Below are positions 57,843 through 64,000 of a DNA stretch of 64,000 nucleotides, piece after piece. Made by a program: the position numbers and the translations under genes. How positions within the stretch are numbered: the first letter of the stretch is position 1; every line of letters begins with the position of its first letter. Below the pieces are notes generated by a model that had not been told where the DNA came from, ran no database searches, and worked only from the letters and a program-made list of their open reading frames with translations. This DNA is from Epithemia pelagica (lineage: Eukaryota; Protista; Bacillariophyta): contig OX337229.1 in the NCBI GenBank assembly GCA_946965045.2, positions 2,046,001 through 2,110,000 on the forward strand. Direction: 5' to 3'.

Positions 57843-58941
57843 TCAGCGGCCTTGCGAAGCAGCGGTAGAGGAATCTGCCAATGCCGGATATTCGTCCGAG
57901 AGTTGTTCAATGGCGGCTCGGAGCAATCCCATGTCCCCAAAGTCTTTTGCTACCTTCTCGATGGCTTCTGGAGGCAACCCTCTGAACTCTCGCTTCAAAA
58001 AATCTTTCATGGTGCGTCGCCAAACCGTCGTGAGTTCTGTGCCATCGTCGCATATGCCCGTATGTTCCCAACAGTTTTTGTCGTTTGGATCGTGTGGATC
58101 AGAGCTGATAGACACGGTCGCAGGTTGAATCTTGGTGCCACCATTCAACATTGCCAATTTGGCGGATTGGATACCCCCAAAAAGACAATCACTCCGTTCC
58201 CATGTGCCGCTTCGTACAATCTGCCGATTAATTCGTAAAATCGGCATGCTTTTCTGGATCCGAGAGATTGTCTTGTGCTGTGCACGAAAACTTGACGTTG
58301 TCCAAGATGATCACAGGCTTTTTGTCGAATTGCTCCTTAGGATCTGCAAGGGGAGGAACGATCTTGATCAACTTTCCTTCGTCCGCGATTTCGCTTCCAT
58401 CGCAACATTGAGTGAACTTTCCCAACTTCTGAGTCGTTGACTGATTCACAGCGATTTCCACCAAATTCCACGCCAAATCAAACTTTGTCCCTTTATAAGA
58501 AAGCATATTGCAAAGTTCTTTCATATACGTGTTTCCGTCCCAACATGGCACCCCAACATTTACAAAGATGCTTCGATTCGGATGCCACGGGGACGTCCCA
58601 CATGCGATCGAGAGAAGGGTTTGACTCTTGCCCGATCCGTGACGTCCGTACACGATAAAAACTCGACCATACCGGAGGGCTCTGCTAACTTTCTCGTAAT
58701 CTTGAAGGCATGAAATGAGACTTTTCGTCGGTTGAACCTTGTCATAGCGGAGGTCTTCTTCCACTTTTCCAAGCTGTTTACGATCCACAAAGCACTTCGC
58801 CATGTACTCCTTCCAAAGCGCTTCGGATACCGCGTTCCACATTCCGTCTACCATTAAGGCCTCCAACAACCACAATGTGAGTGACAACAGAAGCAACAAA
58901 AGTCGTATGAATGGCAGCAAGAGAAGGCGATGCGAAAACAC
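57843..58941 (-). pseudogene. Frameshifted P-loop NTPase
   Basis: Walker A YGRHGSGKS and Walker B VIILDN; reading continues across two single-base frameshifts (near 58237-58240 and 58174-58178); no in-frame ATG before the hydrophobic N-terminus. Confidence 0.65.
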
Positions 58942-59916
58942 TTCACACGTAAACCTAAAATCTACACAGTGATACTACCGTCCATATGCAGTACAACAAG
59001 CCCTATAGTTCTACAGTTTTCCTTACTGTGATTCTTCGGAGTTTAATATTATTGATTAATATTGAATACTCGTATTGAACATTCTCGATGATTCATGAGA
59101 TAATAGAGCACTTGAAGAAAATGAAAATCATCTGCCTCTTGAATTTCCTTTGAGGTGGTCGACACAAATGTTGTGTTGATACGATATCTTGATAAATAGG
59201 GGGCACGAAACAGGGGTCCTGGTAACTCGTATTAGATACACCTGAAAGAATAAATCTTCACCCCCTTTCTATTTTACTTATTTTGGGGGCATGGTTCTAC
59301 AACATTCATGAGAATTGGGAGGAGTGCGCGTTTGGAACATTCTAATCTGAGATTGGCTGTGTATTGGATATTGGATACTCAGGATATTGGGCTCTCATTC
59401 AAGCTATTCTCGAAGTTCGTCTATCCCGCGTCCCGCAATTTCTCGATACGGGTGTCATCTTACGTGCTACTCCTACATACAATATTCAGTTTGGAGCTGG
59501 ATTTGTCGTCGCATATATCTCATTTCTGATTCAGGATCAAATTCACACCCCAGAGTCTTAGATCCAGATCGTATGAGGAATGCAAATTGATCATAATGTT
59601 TCTGCAGTTTTATAACCTCTCGGTAGTGTGATTGTTTCACTCGTCTAATGTACACCGACTATTCTCCAGAGTTCCTGGTGATTTGTTGTTGATGTTCGGA
59701 TTTGGGGTGCTCAACAATCAACCAACTATCAGTCCTTCGCATTTTGACCACAATGAGAATGATGCAAGAGGGGTCAAATGAGAATTGGCATCCCTCGACC
59801 CTCACAAACAAAGCAAGCAACCATCTCATACGTTTTTTCTTGTAATACCGATCGAATCAAACATTTGATTTGCAAAGGGTTAGTACGTCGACGACAAGAA
59901 TCCGAACCACATCTAC

Positions 59917-61992
59917 ATGTCACGGTTCATTCTCGAAAACTCCGAAGAAAGGCCGCATCTTATGTTTGGACCGTGCTCGTCTGAAACGTTGATGGCCACA
60001 AAACCAAAACACGACATGTGCAGATGTGATAAAGACCGCATGATCAACACTGAAAGTTACTCCGAAGCCCCGGAAGCCATAATCCAAAGGCAAAGACAAC
60101 ACCACCATCAATATAAAAGTCATCCACAACGCTATCAGCTTGTGGATGCACTGGAATCCCTGGAGAACGTAGCGCCGCTGCATATGTTTCATGACAACAA
60201 CGGGAATATTTGGAATCAAGAGGGCAACAACAGCAACCAAGCAAGACAGCTCCATCATCAACCAAACAACAACAACAATACCGGGTTGTCGAGGGAACAT
60301 CCTGATGATGATACCAAAATGCCTGCCGTCGCAACAATGGAGATAACAAACGCCCTTGGCCACGGCATTCTTCCGACAAGTGGTACAATGGCGGCCATGC
60401 AGGGTGCCAGTGAAACAGCCTCTCCTACCAATGGCAATGCCAAGAACCATGGAAGTACTCGGGCCGGGGCAACGAAGCGCAAGCGAGGCAGCAAGAGCAA
60501 CAGCAGCTCATCCAAAGACCCCAATTCAACCGAAAAGGGGCACAAGAGAAGTTATGTGGAGCACCACTACCACGATCACTCACAGGAACTGGAAGAGACC
60601 CAAGAGGATAAAGCTGCGACCAAAAGCCGAGGAGGAATCACAACCCCGTTTCCCATGCAGCTGTATGATATGCTCCAGCATGCTGATACAAGGGGCTTTA
60701 ACAACATTGTGAGCTGGCAGAGTCACGGACGTGCCTTCCTTGTGCACCAACCACAGCGATTCGTCAAGGAAGTCATGCCACTCTTCTTTCGTCAAACTCG
60801 CATGTCCTCCTTTCAGCGTCAGTTGAGTTTATATGGTTTCTTGAGGCTTTCACGAAAGGGCCCGGATCATGGCGCCTACTACCACGAACTGTTTCTGCGT
60901 GGACTCCCACACCTTTGTCGCCGCATGCAACGAACCCGAGTCAAGGGCTACTGGGTGCGCCAGTCTTCCTCCCCTGATACAGAACCGGATTTTGCTTCCA
61001 TGGCCGTAGTAGGAGCACCGGCAAAGTTTGATCCCTCCAATCTTGCCATGACGGGCATGCCACCACAGCCTCGCTCCGCTCCTACCATGCCCACGGTTCC
61101 TCCAGCTGCGTCCTCCGCTACCAGTGCCACTGTGCCCAGTGCAAGCGCAACAAGTGCGACTGCTCCTTCTTCGGTTCCCAACCTGAACAGTTCTTTTTCG
61201 TGGTTGGTGGGACAAAGTGGTAACAATAATCCAAACAACAACTCCAATAGTGAGAAGGTGGAGTCTTCATTGTCTGCGTCTCAAGTGGGAGACTTCCCAC
61301 CAACGGGCTTTATGGGTACGTCTTCGCAGCTCTCCTCTGCCATTCTTCAAAACAGGGTTCGTGTTCCTCCCATTCTCGGGCAGCCCCTTCCACAACCGGG
61401 AGTCTCGTCCTTACTTCCCGGAGCTGGTACTCCTGGAGGAAGTCCACTCCTTCCACACCTCGGTGGCGCAGCTCCGCAACTGGCGCAGGCCGCCGCAGCG
61501 CAAATAGCCGTGGCACAACTCGCCGCCGCACAACAAGCATCCGTCGCTGCCGCCGCTGCTGCTGCCGCCGCCGCTACGGCACCGGCTCCAAACTCGACGG
61601 GTACTGGGAATAGTGGTAGATTTGATCTTTTGCATATGAATCAACCACAGCCATTGAGTTCTCCCCTGTCAGAAGCACCATCACCGGTAGCATCGCCACA
61701 GAATGTGGAGCCTACGGATTCACAATCACCACAACCGTACGCGGTTGCTGCCAATCACACTAGTAGCAGCGAAGATCGACTCATGGCCATGTCGGCGGGG
61801 GAAGTCAATGACATGGTTGCCTTTCTTTCCGATGTGGATCTCTCGGGTGACGAGAATTCCGTGGGGGAAAGTTTTGAGGAAGAAGCCAAGATTGCCATGG
61901 TGGGATCCATCCAACCCTCAACAAACAACAACAACACCACGAGTGGAAATCCTAGTTTCCGACAAACCAAACGTAGAAAATCAGACGGGTGA
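59917..61992 (+). CDS. Heat-shock-factor-type transcription factor
   Basis: FPMQLYDML...IVSWQSHGRAFLVH....F...MP.FF.QT..SSFQRQLSLYGF...YYHELFLRG...L...M.R HSF DNA-binding domain; C-terminal basic NLS. Start codon uncertain. Confidence 0.92.
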   Translation: MSRFILENSEERPHLMFGPCSSETLMATKPKHDMCRCDKDRMINTESYSEAPEAIIQRQRQHHHQYKSHPQRYQLVDALESLENVAPLHMFHDNNGNIWNQEGNNSNQARQLHHQPNNNNNTGLSREHPDDDTKMPAVATMEITNALGHGILPTSGTMAAMQGASETASPTNGNAKNHGSTRAGATKRKRGSKSNSSSSKDPNSTEKGHKRSYVEHHYHDHSQELEETQEDKAATKSRGGITTPFPMQLYDMLQHADTRGFNNIVSWQSHGRAFLVHQPQRFVKEVMPLFFRQTRMSSFQRQLSLYGFLRLSRKGPDHGAYYHELFLRGLPHLCRRMQRTRVKGYWVRQSSSPDTEPDFASMAVVGAPAKFDPSNLAMTGMPPQPRSAPTMPTVPPAASSATSATVPSASATSATAPSSVPNLNSSFSWLVGQSGNNNPNNNSNSEKVESSLSASQVGDFPPTGFMGTSSQLSSAILQNRVRVPPILGQPLPQPGVSSLLPGAGTPGGSPLLPHLGGAAPQLAQAAAAQIAVAQLAAAQQASVAAAAAAAAAATAPAPNSTGTGNSGRFDLLHMNQPQPLSSPLSEAPSPVASPQNVEPTDSQSPQPYAVAANHTSSSEDRLMAMSAGEVNDMVAFLSDVDLSGDENSVGESFEEEAKIAMVGSIQPSTNNNNTTSGNPSFRQTKRRKSDG

Positions 61993-62389
61993 ACATCCTG
62001 TGAGACGAGTCGGAGAGAATATTCGAAATCCATGAACATAGTACAAACATTTTCAGATCGCTCAAACCTTTTTGTCGCCGTACCGGGTGCCTATAGAGCT
62101 ACCTAGGTAGTCTTTCACATTGTGTGGAGAATGTCGAGAAACCTTCTTACTTCTTACAACTTCCATCGCTCTGATTCAATGCAGAGAGGCGATCGCTCAA
62201 GAAATCACACACACAAGAGTAAGAGTTAAGAGTTCCCTCTTGCATGGAATTGAACGGGGAAATCGGAAGCTGTTCCTTACATGCTTACGTCACAAATTAC
62301 TCCTCAGAGCGATGGAACGCCATTATTTAAACAATTTTTGAGCCGTAACATCTTCCGAATACTAAGAAAGTGGTGTGAAGCGTGTGTCG

Positions 62390-63409
62390 ATGACATCCCA
62401 CTTGGCAATGCGTGGGAGGTTGAAGGTAGTCCAAGTACTGAGTAAACATCTCATGTTGTTGTGGACGTTCTACATCTTGGCGATTGTCCGTCTTTCATCA
62501 ACAATCGACGAACTTGGAGAGCAAGTAGTGCAAAGTAGCAACAGCAGTAGTATGCAAACAGCCAATCAACCCGCCATCAAGCTCACGTACTTTAATGATT
62601 CAAAGGGGAGGAATGAGCTGACTCGTCTCATTTTCGCCGTCGGAAATGTACCCTATCACGACGAGTTGATCCCAGCCAAAGAATATCGTGAGTTGCGCAG
62701 CCAGAATGCGATTCCCTGGGGACAATTGCCAACTTTGACCTTGAGAGTAACAAATAATGAAGGAAAAGAAGAAGAGGAAGTTCATGGTCAATCCTGTTCG
62801 ATTGCTCGCTACGCGGCCAAACTAGCCAAGATCTACCCCGAGGAATCTTCGATGGATGCCCTTCGCACGGATGCAGTCGTGGATTCATGGCGTGATTTGT
62901 TGGATTTGTTCTATGATACTGTGTTCAAACGAAGTGTCATTGGTGGCAACTTACAAATGTTTCCTCGTCTCCCATCGGAACGAGCAGGTCGACTCCAAGC
63001 ATTTCTTGAGACCGAATTACGGCAGACCTTGGAACGATATGAACGTCTATTGAGTAAAAACACTGGTGGTCAAGTGTGTCGTGAAAGTGCGATTCCATTT
63101 CCTAGTTGGGCCGATTTGGCCATTTTCGATGTCGTCAAGACCATGGAGGGACCACTCACAACAAGTCAATTCCAAAGCGTTATGGAAGGAAAACCGACAC
63201 TTACCAAACTTGTGGATCGTATTGATAGTATGGAGGCCATTCAACAACACTTGAAGAAGTATCCCTACAAGGATTTGTCGTTCTTATTTGCCGTCGTGCC
63301 GTGGTGGAAACGATTGCTGCATGCCGTACTGTTTCCCGTTTTGGAATGTTTCTACGGAGTCAAAACATTGCTCGCCCACTATGAGGCTAAGAAGAAAAAT
63401 AAGAACTGA
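62390..63409 (+). CDS. Glutathione S-transferase (sigma-like) with N-terminal hydrophobic segment
   Basis: IKLTYFN..GRNELTRLIFA...PY.D, PWGQLPTL, QSCSIARYAAK; C-terminal domain SWADLAIFDV. Confidence 0.88.
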   Translation: MTSHLAMRGRLKVVQVLSKHLMLLWTFYILAIVRLSSTIDELGEQVVQSSNSSSMQTANQPAIKLTYFNDSKGRNELTRLIFAVGNVPYHDELIPAKEYRELRSQNAIPWGQLPTLTLRVTNNEGKEEEEVHGQSCSIARYAAKLAKIYPEESSMDALRTDAVVDSWRDLLDLFYDTVFKRSVIGGNLQMFPRLPSERAGRLQAFLETELRQTLERYERLLSKNTGGQVCRESAIPFPSWADLAIFDVVKTMEGPLTTSQFQSVMEGKPTLTKLVDRIDSMEAIQQHLKKYPYKDLSFLFAVVPWWKRLLHAVLFPVLECFYGVKTLLAHYEAKKKNKN

Positions 63410-64000
63410 ATCGCTTGTCATATACAATGCGTTTCGTGCAGATTTCTGCCATCCAAAGCCACTCTCTGGAGTGGTTGTTGTGTTGAAGATGAGACATGCT
63501 TCGACTACTGCACTGCAAACAACCAATTAGAACCCCGTATGGTATAGGAGCTAATAATACCACCATAAGAAGACGCCCACGTCTAGGTCATGAGAAAAGC
63601 TGGTGTCGTCAGGATCATATAGCTTTTTATCTCATAGATTTTTCCATTTGCCTCGGACTGCACGGCAAGAAACAAAGTCGTTTATTTCAGACCCATCAAC
63701 ACTTCAAATCGTACGTAATCATCATTCTAGCGGAACTGATGTACGCTACTTGTGTAATGGCAACTCACGTATCGACAAGGCTATGAGCATGAGGAACTTT
63801 TGCCTCTCTCACAACAACAAAGGCGGTACTCTAGGATTACTAGAGGAGTATATAAACTTCGTTCTGTGCGCTTCGGGAGAGATAGAGAGGGTAGACTTCA
63901 CGTCCGTCCTTCGTCGCGCGGAGGCACATCCAAACACCAAGTGAGCACAATTGGGATCATCATCTGTGACGTTCAGACAATGATGACCACGACGGAACCA

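Noticed and set aside
59000-59750. AT-rich tract with short ORFs
   Set aside because: Too short for a centromere call; no TIR, LTR or transposase motif recognised.
63800-64000. Possible 3' end of a minus-strand gene at the window edge
   Set aside because: One open frame of about 60 codons with no recognisable motif.

Overview
Gene-dense, intron-poor eukaryotic nuclear DNA, most likely a diatom (inferred from CoDi-type Ty1/copia elements, a diatom-style HSF, a bipartite plastid-targeting signal, 64-113 bp GT-AG introns). Host genes: PET100-like, a mitochondrial carrier, DUF2039/C9orf85-like, a plastid Rdx/SelW-like protein, a 3-exon MFS transporter, 3-exon midasin (5513 aa), a TPR protein, RTF2, two adjacent Pro-rich paralogues, an IscU-fold protein, an RRM protein, a frameshifted P-loop NTPase, an HSF and a sigma-like GST. 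Mobile DNA: a 1.7 kb TA-flanked non-autonomous TIR element with palindromic subterminal arrays and a captured RAP-domain fragment (961-2662), and a nested pair of young copia retrotransposons (outer 7750-23744 on minus, inner 9122-16913 on plus), each with visually identical LTRs and a perfect 5-bp TSD. Most unusual signals: outer LTRs end 5'-AG...CT-3' instead of TG...CA; the inner primer-binding site matches the anticodon half of tRNA-Asn; the outer Gag-Pol has a ~570-aa membrane-spanning insert and an AUG-less 127-codon N-terminal extension; the IscU-like protein has Cys where the IscU family has its conserved Asp. Family assignments are by motif recognition only; no database searches were run.
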